From positions 416,001 through 480,000 of the forward strand of contig CAXXUA010000006.1 of the NCBI GenBank assembly GCA_963663765.2: 64,000 bases of DNA, read 5' to 3'. Each line of letters begins with the position of its first letter. Position 1 is the stretch's first letter. Below the pieces are notes generated by a model that saw only the letters and a program-made list of their open reading frames with translations, did not search any database and was not told the DNA's origin. The stretch comes from Candidatus Poribacteria bacterium (GTDB taxonomy: Bacteria; Poribacteria; WGA-4E; WGA-3G). A program made the position numbers and the translations under genes. Below are positions 29,119 to 39,300 of the stretch, piece after piece.

Positions 29119-29267
29119 CTTTTTTGGTATTTTCTGAACCATGATTTTCAGGATTATGAGTTTTATGCCGTTGAGTTCCATTCCGAAGATAGACTTTCTC
29201 TAAGAAGAAACATCTAATGGGAAAATCCTGGTAATCTGAAGATCTTGTGAATCCTGGTTCAGCAAAA

Positions 29268-29798
29268 CTACTTGACCTTTGAATGGTTGTTGGGGTTAGG
29301 CGGTGGAGGTTCATCAAATGGGAGTCCCTTCTCAGTAGCAGTAGTTTTGCGTTTCTCCCAATTTGCATACCATGCGCGATAAACCTCTTCGCGTCCTTGT
29401 TCCAAACCTTGTTCCAAACCTTGTTCTTTGCCTATTGCCTTGGCCTCTTCACTTGCAGCTGCTACGGCAGCGGCTATGCGTTTCTCTCGTCTTGCTTCAA
29501 TAAAGTCTGATAGTAACATCATTAGGTCTACAACTCCTATTATCATTGCGACGATTGCCCCGCCAACAGGGATAAACGCCGAAATGTCTTTCGTGACATT
29601 TTGAACGGATACATGTCCTTTCCAATTTTGTGAAATTTCAAATTCCAGCGCGATATATCCGTATATGAGTGCTAAAAGAGATATTAGAAATAGGACGATA
29701 CCTGTTTTTCCTGTTCTCCAGAAGTCTCGGACAGCTTGCCAGAAGGTGCTGACGTTTTTCAAAAATGTCCTCCGTAATGTTGTTGTACAGTAAAGCAT
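29268..29798 (-). CDS. Hypothetical membrane protein with a GxEQG repeat tail
   Basis: Two TM segments, then GKEQGLEQGLEQGREE and PFDEPPPP. The true start is probably downstream of 29798 (GGAGG at ~29770). Confidence 0.7.
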   Translation of the reverse strand: MLYCTTTLRRTFLKNVSTFWQAVRDFWRTGKTGIVLFLISLLALIYGYIALEFEISQNWKGHVSVQNVTKDISAFIPVGGAIVAMIIGVVDLMMLLSDFIEARREKRIAAAVAAASEEAKAIGKEQGLEQGLEQGREEVYRAWYANWEKRKTTATEKGLPFDEPPPPNPNNHSKVK

Positions 29799-29993
29799 AT
29801 TCTATACAATAATATCAATAATATTTGCAGAGGGGGTGTGTAAAGTTTTTGCACAAACTGCTCATTCTCCATTGTAGAGCGGGGTCTCTGTGCCCCGCCG
29901 CATAGGTGTCAACTTAAGAAAAAGTCAAGTGCTAAATACCCCATCTCGGTAGGCGTGCTTTGTAAGTGCGCCGATAAACCCAGGATTAGCAAC

Positions 29994-30867
29994 GGCGCAC
30001 TTACAAAGCACGCCTGCAGGGGAGCGCAGTTGGTAGGCGCGCTTACAAAGCACGCCTGCAAGGGAGTGCAATTGAGGGGTGCGCTTACAAAGCACGCCTA
30101 CCTTGAGTGAGAAAATCGTGATTTCCAGGTTTCCCTCCTATTGGCAACGGAGCGCTTACAAAGCACGCCTGCAGGGGAGCGCAGTTGGTAGGCGCGCTTA
30201 CAAAGCACGCCTGCAAGGGAGTGCAGTTGAGGGGCGCGCTTACAAAGCACGCATGCAAGGGAGTGCAGTTGAGGGGCGCGCTTACAAAGCACGCATGCAA
30301 GGGAGTGCAGTTGAGGGGCGCGCTTACAAAGCACGCATGCAAGGGAGTGCAGTTGAGGGGCGCGCTTACAAAGCACGCCTGTAAGGGAGTGCAGTTGGTA
30401 GGCGCGCTTACAAAGCACGCCTGCAGGGGAGTGCGGGTGAGTGCGGGTGAGTGCGGGGAGCGCTTACAAAGCACGCATGCAGGGGAGTGCGGGTGAGTGC
30501 GGGGCGCGCTTACAAAGCACACCTGCAGGGGAGTGCGGGTGAGTGCGGGGCGCGCTTACAAAGCACGCATGCAGGGGAGTGCGGGTGAGTGCGGGGCGCG
30601 CTTACAAAGCACGCATGCAGGGGAGTGCAGTTGAGGGGCGCGCTTACAAAGCACGCCTGCAGGGGAGTGCGGGTGAGTGCGGGGCGCGCTTACAAAGCAC
30701 GCCTGCAAGGGAGTGCAATTCAGGGGCGCGCTTACAAAGCACGCATGCAGGGGAGTGCGGGTGAGTGCGGGGCGCGCTTACAAAGCACGCCTGCAAGGGA
30801 GTGCAGTTGAGGGGCGCGCTTACAAAGCACGCCTGCAGTGGTAGGCGCGCGGACAAAGCACGCCTAC
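29994..30867 (+). repeat. REP-derived tandem array, about 20 units of mostly 41-46 bp (core GGCGCGCTTACAAAGCACGCCTGCA)
   Basis: Same core as 17515-18157 but with different linkers (AGGGAGTGCAGTTGAG / GGGGAGTGCGGGTGAGTGC). Confidence 0.95.
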
Positions 30868-30975
30868 CGTGGCCGGATTAGTAGAATTACCCAAAGTATT
30901 TTTTAATCTTCATGAAGATTGTGCTACAACTGACTGCACAATCTGACAGAATGTCTATTATTGGCGAAGGTATTG
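30860..30975. mobile_element. Right end of a fourth, left-truncated MITE A composite
   Basis: Near-identical to 18150-18265, ending TGGCGAAGGTATTG. No matching left TIR found. Confidence 0.8.
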
Positions 30976-31052
30976 TACTTATAGTAGAAATAGATATAAT
31001 TTAGCAGAGACGATGAGAAATTAAAAGAAAAAATCAAACCATTTAATATTTA

Positions 31053-31606
31053 CTATAGTTTGGACAATTTCATCTTGTAGAAGTTGATTATTCAACAGAA
31101 CGTCTATTTTTCTACGAGTTTCGTATATTTGTGTGAAACTGAAGAAAATGATGTGCTCCAGCGGAGTGTTATGTTCGGCTCCAACATACCGCTCCGCTGG
31201 AGCGGGGATGCGGGCTGACAATGTGACTATAAACATATTGCTCCGCTGGAGCAAAGAAAGTTCCGTTTTGGTCAGGGTTATTCAGTTCTAAAAGTTTTCT
31301 GTTATTTCGAATTACTGAAAGTTAATACCCAAATGCAGTTTCCTAACTGCACCTTATACATCAATTTTAGATTATTGAAACCTGAACATCGGTTCTTTAG
31401 TCCCGCCAAATGCCACACGCGCATTTGGCGGGACTAAAGACATGGACAAGATGGCAACACATAAAATTATCGTTATAGCAAATAATCATCAAAAAACCTA
31501 AAACTAAATAACCCTGCGTTTTGGTCATTATGTCTTGATTTGGTAACATAATCGGTGAACCAATTTCTTATCAAAACATGTTGGAAGAAAATTGTCCAAA
31601 CTATAG
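31053..31606. mobile_element. MITE C (TIR CTATAGTTTGGACAAT, 9-bp TSD TAATATTTA) with nested ISAs1 MITE 31273-31516 (TSD CGTTTTGGT)
   Basis: TIRs and TSDs read directly. A partial homologue lies at 5103-6202. Confidence 0.92.
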
Positions 31607-32429
31607 TAATATTTATGAGATACGCTCTAGTAATGGTGATGGGACACTCGCTACTATTAAGTTTAAAGTAAACGCAATTAGAACTTCAAAATTGGGTTTA
31701 CGAGATGTCATCTTATCCGACCCCGAAGGCAATAAATCTTATGCATGGATTGAAGGAGTACAATTGCTAAAAAACACAATTACAGAGGATGGTCAAAGTA
31801 TCACCTGCTCAACAAATATCAGTGAAGACGTGAATAAGGATTGCCTTGTCAATATCCAAGATTTAATCCTTGTTGCTACTAAATTTGGACATGGAGGGGG
31901 AATTGCAGCAGCTGTTAATAGTGACGGAAGGGTTGACATCATTGACCTTGTCCTAGTCGCTGGGTCATTCGGAGATACTGCGGGTGCGCCAGCAGTCTAT
32001 GTAGATGTACAAGAGACGTTTACGGCATCCAACATCAAACAATGGCTGCTTGAAGCGCGAACAGTTAAATCAACGGATTCAACATTTCAACATGGGATTC
32101 TTGTGCTTGAACAACTTCTGTTGATAATACATCCGCAAGAAACAGCACTCTTGCCGAACTATCCAAATCCATTCAACCCAGAGACGTGGATACCGTATCA
32201 GTTAGCAGAACCTGCAGAGGTCGTCATATCCATCTATTCTGTGGGTGGGACGTTGGTTCGGACACTTGCGTTAGGCAATCAGCCTGCGGGACTTTATCAG
32301 AATCGTAACCGTGCGGCGTATTGGGATGGTAAAAATAAAAGCGGTGAGTCAGTAGCAAGTGGTGTGTATTTCTATACATTCAAAGCGGGTGATTTCACTG
32401 CTACGCGCAAGATGTTGATACGGAAATAG
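31607..32429 (+). pseudogene. 3' remnant of a secreted protein gene: cohesin-like end, dockerin-like motif and C-terminal FlgD-Ig/T9SS-like sorting domain
   Basis: NGDGTLATIKFKV; EDVNKDCLVNIQDL; TALLPNYPNPFNPETWIPYQLA...RKMLIRK. The ORF-track start (31578) lies within MITE C and there is no signal peptide. Confidence 0.75.
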
Positions 32430-32499
32430 TATCAAATGACCATAGGATAGCAATTAGCCAATAGGACATCTACGACTGGCACTTACTGTAGCGCATACA

Positions 32500-32790
32500 T
32501 CGTAGGACCAAATCAAATAATCAAGAAATCAACGGTATGAATGCCTTTTGGCAATCCCTGGGCAGGTAATTTTATCTAACCCACCCTGGTAGGCGCGCTG
32601 GCACATCACGTCACAACAGCGCGCTTACAAAGCGCGCCTACAGCGGAGGGGTTACATAGAATTGCCGATTCAATTTATTAATCTTCATCAAAGCGCCAAA
32701 TCAAGAAATCAACGGTATGAATGCCATTTAGGCATTCCCCGCCTACCGTGTGAGAAATATTTATTACCCAATTAATAAATTAATCTTCAT
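32500..32790. repeat. REP/MITE remnant cluster between convergent genes
   Basis: GTAGGCGCG...CGCGCCTAC pair, TTAATCTTCAT ends and two GAATGCC-hairpin modules. Confidence 0.7.
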
Positions 32791-32831
32791 AAGGATTGGG
32801 ATTGTTAGTTAATTCCCTTCAACGCCGTTTT

Positions 32832-35800
32832 CTAAGATTTTGTGAGTGTATATAGTCCTCGTTTGACTCGGACAATCTCCCCCTTATCAACAAGCCGAGA
32901 AAGTGCATAGTTTATCGCCTGAGGCATCCCATCAAGGGCATCAACAAATTCTGCCGTTTTCTTCTCACCATCAGCAAGCAAAGCGAGTATCTCATCACGA
33001 TATGGTGTGCGTAGGAGAGTCCTGCCTCTGATTTTTTGAAGGAATCGGTATGCCTGACGGACGGAACATCCCAAAACACGTTGTACTTCTTCTCTGCTTG
33101 TTTCGGCGGTTATATTCTCGCGTTCAATTTCAAAACGTTCTCGTGTGCGTATAGTCTCTGCAAGCTGATCTATCCCTCCAGCAATCTCAAAATCTTCCCA
33201 GTCAAAAAGTAGGTTTTCTGGTCTGTTCGTGATGTTCGGTAGTTTTAAACTTGAAATTAAGACGATCTTCTTATCAGCGACACGATCCAACCTTGCATAT
33301 TCGACAATGCGACTGAGAAAATAGGCTGTCTCCTCCTCATAAATGCTTTGGACTCTTTCATCTTTGTAGTATCCTGTTTCTGAATTTACTTCATAACGGA
33401 TCGGATTTGTATCATTTCCAAACAGAATATGTGCTCGTGACCAGACAGCACGCGCGCCTACTGTTGGTGTGCTGACAACCCAGATAACATCAGCTGCCTC
33501 AAAACCATTATTAAGTCCGTTCAGTTCCTCGAAGTGTGTTACGAAACAGACATTTTCTTTTTGGACAGCACATTTTATGTGTCTGATTAATGTGCTGTGT
33601 GTAATAATTGCATGCTTTACACTCGGTTCTTTATCAATTTCTGATAGAATAGAAAGAAACAAATGCACTCCAAGTTTAGACATACCAATATATTGCCAAT
33701 TAATGTCAGTGTCTAACAGCATATTTCGATGAAAGGTGCCTGTTCGGATTTGAAAAACAGTGTTCCCCGGTAGCCATGTTGTGGGTTTCATGCGGACAAT
33801 TTGTACAGCTTCTTCAGGAAATGCTTGTGTGAGATGTTTATCTAAGTTAGTAGAAGATATTAACAATAGACGTTTCACATCTTTGTGCAGCATTGGTGGT
33901 ACTCGGAACTTTAGGATTTCACCATCCCATGCCATCGGTGGATTATTAGCTGCTGAATAGTGTTGATAAAAACGTTTGAGTTGATGCCAACATGTCCAAT
34001 TCGGATTATGACAAACTGTTGGAAATCTTTTTATGTTATCAACGGTTTCTGTGTTCAAAATACCCATCTCAATGGCTTGTGCCATGGACATCCGTATCTT
34101 TATATTTTCGTTAGGATAGAACGATTCAAGTTGGAAGGTAGCGTGTCCCATCTTTACAAGTTTCGCATCAGCTTGTTGATTTAAAGGGATATAGGCTGAG
34201 CATCCACTATCAAACGCAACAGTGAAATGTGCCAATTCTTGACCGGTATCGGTATCAACATATCCCTGCTTCAGCACTTTTCCAGAAACAATGACCTGAC
34301 ACATTTGCTCAACGAGCGTTTCTTCCTGCCAATCAAACAATTGGACTACTGTCCGAATCCTATTTACGGCATCGTTCTTTGATTTAGATTTGATTTCTAA
34401 AACATTCAATAAGACTTTGGCAAAATCGCCTAAAACATCTCCCTGCCAGTTAACTGCCCACTCTTCTATCTGTTTTCTTGAGAGTTCACACTCAGGGAAT
34501 AATTTAAAGAATCGTATTCCATTTATGATACATAGCCGTTCTGTATTATCCACTTGTCTGAGCATTTTACTGGCAATGTCAGCGTATTGTGGATTAAAAA
34601 ACATTTGTGGTATAGACGATATTTGTGTTTTTGTGTGTTGTAATGTGTGGTATTGCGATAAATAGCCGTGATCTTGACATTCAGTATAAACAGGACACTG
34701 CGGGCAGATACTTTCACTCGCGTTTCCACCCTTTTGCTCAAGACTATCACACCGATCAGCGTCTTCACACATATTGCCGTGTTGGAAAGGGTTTGCCATG
34801 CGTTCATCAACGGGGATGTCTTTCACTTTTCCCCATAGATGCGTGCGAGGTGTCCAGCGAACAACTGATTGTGAATTCTGTGGATATCGTTGTTCTGCCG
34901 CTACTGCGAATTTGTAACTTGGCGGAGTTATGGAAGTATTGTATTTAGTGAGGAGATCCAATTCTAAAGCAGAGTTTTTTTCTTCATTGTTTTCAGTAAT
35001 AAGTGCGATAACTCGAGTATTTTGATCAATAACCTGATACAGCTGTGCAGTGATCTGTTCGGCAGTCCATTCTACTGCCTTCGTTGGTTCGGGATAATTT
35101 AGTATCGGTGATGGACGTTTTACTGCTAAAGGACTCAGTTGTCCTTCTCGCGCAGCTAACATCTCATTACTAATAGGTATATCAGTAGCGGGTATTTGTG
35201 GCAGGAGTCCTGTATCGTCCCAGACATCTGTTATTGGCGTATCAGTTGTTGGTACACCAAAACCATCTGTGGAGGCACATACCGAAACAGTGTGTTCGTT
35301 TTCCCATAATGCAACATGCCCATCACCTGTTTTGTCAATGTTCTTGCTCCAAAGGTGAACATTGTTGTCTTTTCGGAGATAAGAAAAACCGCGTTTTAAA
35401 AATGATTGCTTTGCGATATTTAGCAGATACGAATCGAGAGATAAAGGAGGAGTATTCTGTTGAAACTTCGGTTTATCTGTTCCCGTTGATGCAGGTTCGT
35501 GAAGTTCAGAGCGGAGTGCGTTGATAGGTGCGAACAGAACCTCTTTGATAGTAACAGGTGGGTCTAATAAGTTTCCAATCAATATTTCATAGCGTGCATC
35601 CCAGCAGCTATATCCTTCTTTCCCTAACATTTCAAGAAAGACGATGCGTTGATTCGGTTTTTCCGATGTAGGTGTGCCTTTTTGGACATAATGTATTGCC
35701 TCATCCGTATTTGGATGGAGATAATCCTTTACCCCGCAAGAAAACCGTAAACCCCCAGACTTTGTAAGCACCAAGAGTGGATTCTCAACGAAACTAACAA

Positions 35801-36224
35801 GTGCTTCTATACAGCGAAGAACAGCCTCGGGTGCTGCGCAAATTCCCTCATAAGGGAATACGAGATCATGCCAGTGTGCCCCATTGTGTGCAGAGGGAGC
35901 ACCAGTGTAAACGTTAATACCCCACGACTTATCCCACCGATCCATCGCCCAGTTTTCTACCCCTTGGCGTTTATAAAAACGTTCTCCACCAAAAAAACTC
36001 GGAGCTTGGTCTTCCCCAGGAGCACGACCGATCGGCATTAGCGAAATACCTGCATCTTCAATATCATAAAGCATCACAGGATAATTGCGCGCGCAATAAA
36101 CTGTGTGTTGATGCGGATAGCCTCTGTTGTCCGTCGCAGGCATTACTTCTGTCCTGCGTTGCCGAAGTGGATTATTGTGCCGTTCATGGCAAAGTGATAT
36201 TAGATTTTTCAAGATGTCACTCAT
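32832..36224 (-). CDS. Large hypothetical protein, paralogue 2 (same architecture as 18527-21907)
   Basis: Collinear motifs PLRQRRTEV, KSGGLRFSC, WDARYE.L.GNLLDPP, ICPQCPVY.EC, WHQLKRF, FDWEDFEIAGG, VQRVLGCS and EIVRV.RGLY. Confidence 0.82.
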   Translation of the reverse strand: MSDILKNLISLCHERHNNPLRQRRTEVMPATDNRGYPHQHTVYCARNYPVMLYDIEDAGISLMPIGRAPGEDQAPSFFGGERFYKRQGVENWAMDRWDKSWGINVYTGAPSAHNGAHWHDLVFPYEGICAAPEAVLRCIEALVSFVENPLLVLTKSGGLRFSCGVKDYLHPNTDEAIHYVQKGTPTSEKPNQRIVFLEMLGKEGYSCWDARYEILIGNLLDPPVTIKEVLFAPINALRSELHEPASTGTDKPKFQQNTPPLSLDSYLLNIAKQSFLKRGFSYLRKDNNVHLWSKNIDKTGDGHVALWENEHTVSVCASTDGFGVPTTDTPITDVWDDTGLLPQIPATDIPISNEMLAAREGQLSPLAVKRPSPILNYPEPTKAVEWTAEQITAQLYQVIDQNTRVIALITENNEEKNSALELDLLTKYNTSITPPSYKFAVAAEQRYPQNSQSVVRWTPRTHLWGKVKDIPVDERMANPFQHGNMCEDADRCDSLEQKGGNASESICPQCPVYTECQDHGYLSQYHTLQHTKTQISSIPQMFFNPQYADIASKMLRQVDNTERLCIINGIRFFKLFPECELSRKQIEEWAVNWQGDVLGDFAKVLLNVLEIKSKSKNDAVNRIRTVVQLFDWQEETLVEQMCQVIVSGKVLKQGYVDTDTGQELAHFTVAFDSGCSAYIPLNQQADAKLVKMGHATFQLESFYPNENIKIRMSMAQAIEMGILNTETVDNIKRFPTVCHNPNWTCWHQLKRFYQHYSAANNPPMAWDGEILKFRVPPMLHKDVKRLLLISSTNLDKHLTQAFPEEAVQIVRMKPTTWLPGNTVFQIRTGTFHRNMLLDTDINWQYIGMSKLGVHLFLSILSEIDKEPSVKHAIITHSTLIRHIKCAVQKENVCFVTHFEELNGLNNGFEAADVIWVVSTPTVGARAVWSRAHILFGNDTNPIRYEVNSETGYYKDERVQSIYEEETAYFLSRIVEYARLDRVADKKIVLISSLKLPNITNRPENLLFDWEDFEIAGGIDQLAETIRTRERFEIERENITAETSREEVQRVLGCSVRQAYRFLQKIRGRTLLRTPYRDEILALLADGEKKTAEFVDALDGMPQAINYALSRLVDKGEIVRVKRGLYTLTKS

Positions 36225-36230
36225 AATATT

Positions 36231-36259
36231 ATTGTAATACAAACTTGTTTTATTTTCAA
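36231..36259 (-). promoter_or_regulatory. sigma70-like promoter TTGAAA-N17-TACAAT, 6 nt upstream of the ATG of paralogue 2
   Basis: ATTGTA at 36231-36236 and TTTCAA at 36254-36259 on +. No Shine-Dalgarno sequence. Confidence 0.55.
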
Positions 36260-36384
36260 GAAACATCTGAATAACCCTGTATAGCAATAATAAATAGTTG
36301 TCATATAATAGTTATAATGTTATTATTAAATATAGTGTCATTTATTTATTATATTCTGACTTATTACTAAGGAAGGGTGATAAT

Positions 36385-39300
36385 TTGTTGAAGAAACAAA
36401 TAATTTTTCTGATTTTACCATGTCTGTTAGCACTATTTGGTACTTGGAGTTATGCTGACATAACACCCGTATCAGACCGCACTCCTGAAGTGCGTGACGC
36501 AATCGTGGCAGCAATATCAGATGTAGACAACGCAGCAGACGTAACCGAAGCACATCTCGCTACAATAACAGGTCTCAATCTCAGGAATAAAGGTATAACT
36601 GAACTAAAATCCGGTGACTTTTCGGGACTTACCAGCCTAACAAACCTAAATCTTTTCAATAACCGACTCAGTAGTCTACCCGATACCATCTTTAATGGAC
36701 TGGCTGCCTTGACAACTCTCCGCTTAGGTAGCAACACGATTGACCCTCTACCCCTTACTGTGTCGCTTAAAAAAGCAGGAGATGGGCAATTCAAGGCAGT
36801 CGTCCCCGCAGGTGCGCCGTTCGCTATAATGGTTCCGATAACTGCTACGAACGGTAGCATCAGCGATGGGACTACAACGTTCACCGTCACAAAGGGTAGC
36901 ATAGAAAGCAGCACTGTCACCGTAACACGCACCGCAGGTACAACAGCAGCGGTTACCGCAACCATCGGAACGTTACCAAGCCTCCCAATAAATCACTACG
37001 GGTATACCCTTATCAAAGACACAGGATTACCTCTTGAAGTTATCAGTGAAGTTAGCACAACAACCCCAGTTCCCGATAGAGAGGATGATGAACCAGAACC
37101 TATAGAACCAGTAACACCCGCACAAAACACTGCCCCAACCTTTACAGATGGCAGTTCAACAGTCCGCTCCATTGCAGAAAACACGACAGTAAACAGGTTT
37201 ATCGGCACTCCCGTAGCAGCAACGGACGCAAATGAAGATACGCTCACCTACACACTTGATGGTATAGACGCAGCATCATTTGCCATTGACAACACGACAG
37301 GACAACTCAGAACAAAAGCAGCATTAGACTATGAAATGAGACGTGTCTATATCCTCACAATAACCGCTAATGATGGCAACCTAACCGCCTCTATTTCGGT
37401 CATTATTAACGTCATAGATGTAGCAGATACCCCGTTCGTTTCAACGATGCTACCTGTGAGTGAACGCACAGAACAAGTGAAGAATGCAATTGTAGCAGCC
37501 GTGTCCGGTGTGGATTCTGCAGATGCGATAACCGCAACACAACTATCCACAATCACAAGTCTCAATCTACGCCGTTCAGGTATTACAGAACTCAAATCAG
37601 GCGATTTCGGTGGACTCACAGCACTTACCAGCCTTAATTTATACGGCAATATGTTGAGTAGCCTACCACAAGGCATTTTTGAAGGATTGACATCACTGGC
37701 GTCACTTCGTTTAGGCGGTAACCTGCTTGACCCGATGCCGATTACCGTCTCATTAGAAGAGGATTCATTGTGGGTATATCGAGTAGTTATCCCCACAGGT
37801 GCACCGTTCGATGTCGTTGTGCCAATTACGAATTCGATTATAATGGCTAAGATCCCACAAGGTAGGGTGAAAAGCCGCCTAATAACTCTTAGTGATAGCC
37901 TCCTCAGCGAGCCTCAAGGTAACACGGAAAATGAGCCCTTTGAAATAGACGCATCAGTCGCTATCGGTGCGTTGCCTGCGTTACCTGCCAACCATCTCGG
38001 GTATATCCTCGCCAGATCCGATGTGTGTAACCGCACACAACAAGTGTCAGATGCGATCACCGCAGCAGTCCCGAAAATAACCGATTGTCGGAATGTGAGC
38101 GAAGTGCAACTCGCACAGATAGCCACTTTGGATTTAAGCGGTTCGTCTATAATATCACTCGCAGCAGACGACTTTGATGGCTTGCTCTCACTCAGTTCGC
38201 TTAACCTGAGTAACAACCAGCTGACAAGTCTACCCGATGGTATTTTTGCATCTTTACCATTGCTTACAGCACTTAATCTGAGTGGAAACACCCTTGATCC
38301 ATTGCCAATCAGTGTGATTCTTGAAAAGGTCGGCACAAATCAGGTCAAAGCGGTTGTGCCGACAGGTGCCCCTTTTGATATGCGTTTGCCTATCATTGTC
38401 GTGAACGGCAGTACGAGCGGTAGCAGTGTGCTAATTGTGCAAATGGGTATGACAGAAAGCGAAACACTTCTCGTAACACGCGCAAGCAACACCGGTACAG
38501 TTACAGCCGATTTTGGCACACTGCCGAACCTACCATCGTTGAATTCAGGGTATGCCCTCACCAAAACGAACACGCAACCACTTGAGATATTTAGTCGAAT
38601 AAACGTTGCACCAGTATTCACAGAAGGCACGGCAGCGAACCGCAGCATTGCAGAGAACACCGATGCTGGCACAAATATTGGTACTGCAATTGCTGCAACA
38701 GATGCAAACAATGATACACTCACCTATACCCTGGGTGGTACTGATACAATTGGGTTTGATATTGATAGTACATCAGGACAACTCAAAACGAAGTCCATGT
38801 TGGACTATGAAACGAAAACATCTTACTCGGTAACTATCACTGTCACAGATGGCAGTCTTACCAATACAATCGCAGTCACCATCACAGTTACAGATGTGGA
38901 CGAGGTGCCGCCGAAAGAGGATGAGGTCGTTGTTACACCCGATGACGATGAAGAGGTCGTCGTTACACCCGATGACGATGAGGATGAGGTCGTTGTTATA
39001 CCTGATGACGATGAGGAGGTCGTCGTTACACCCGATGACGATGAGGATGAGGTCGTTGTTATACCTGATGACGATGAGGAGGTCGTCGTTACACCCGATG
39101 ACGATGAGGATGAGGTCGTTGTAGAAGATACACCCCCACAAAATAACGCACCGATTTTCATAGATGGGAACAGCACAACCCGTTCCGTAGCAGAGAATAC
39201 CAATAGCGGTCAAAATATCGGTACGCCTGTCCGTGCAACGGATGCAGATGGCAATACACTCACCTACACACTCAGCGGCACAGATGCGTTCTCGTTCAGT

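Noticed and set aside
29994-30867. Possible second CRISPR array (constant core with variable linker)
   Set aside because: Linkers are short and recur as two or three types rather than unique spacers; the core is a REP.
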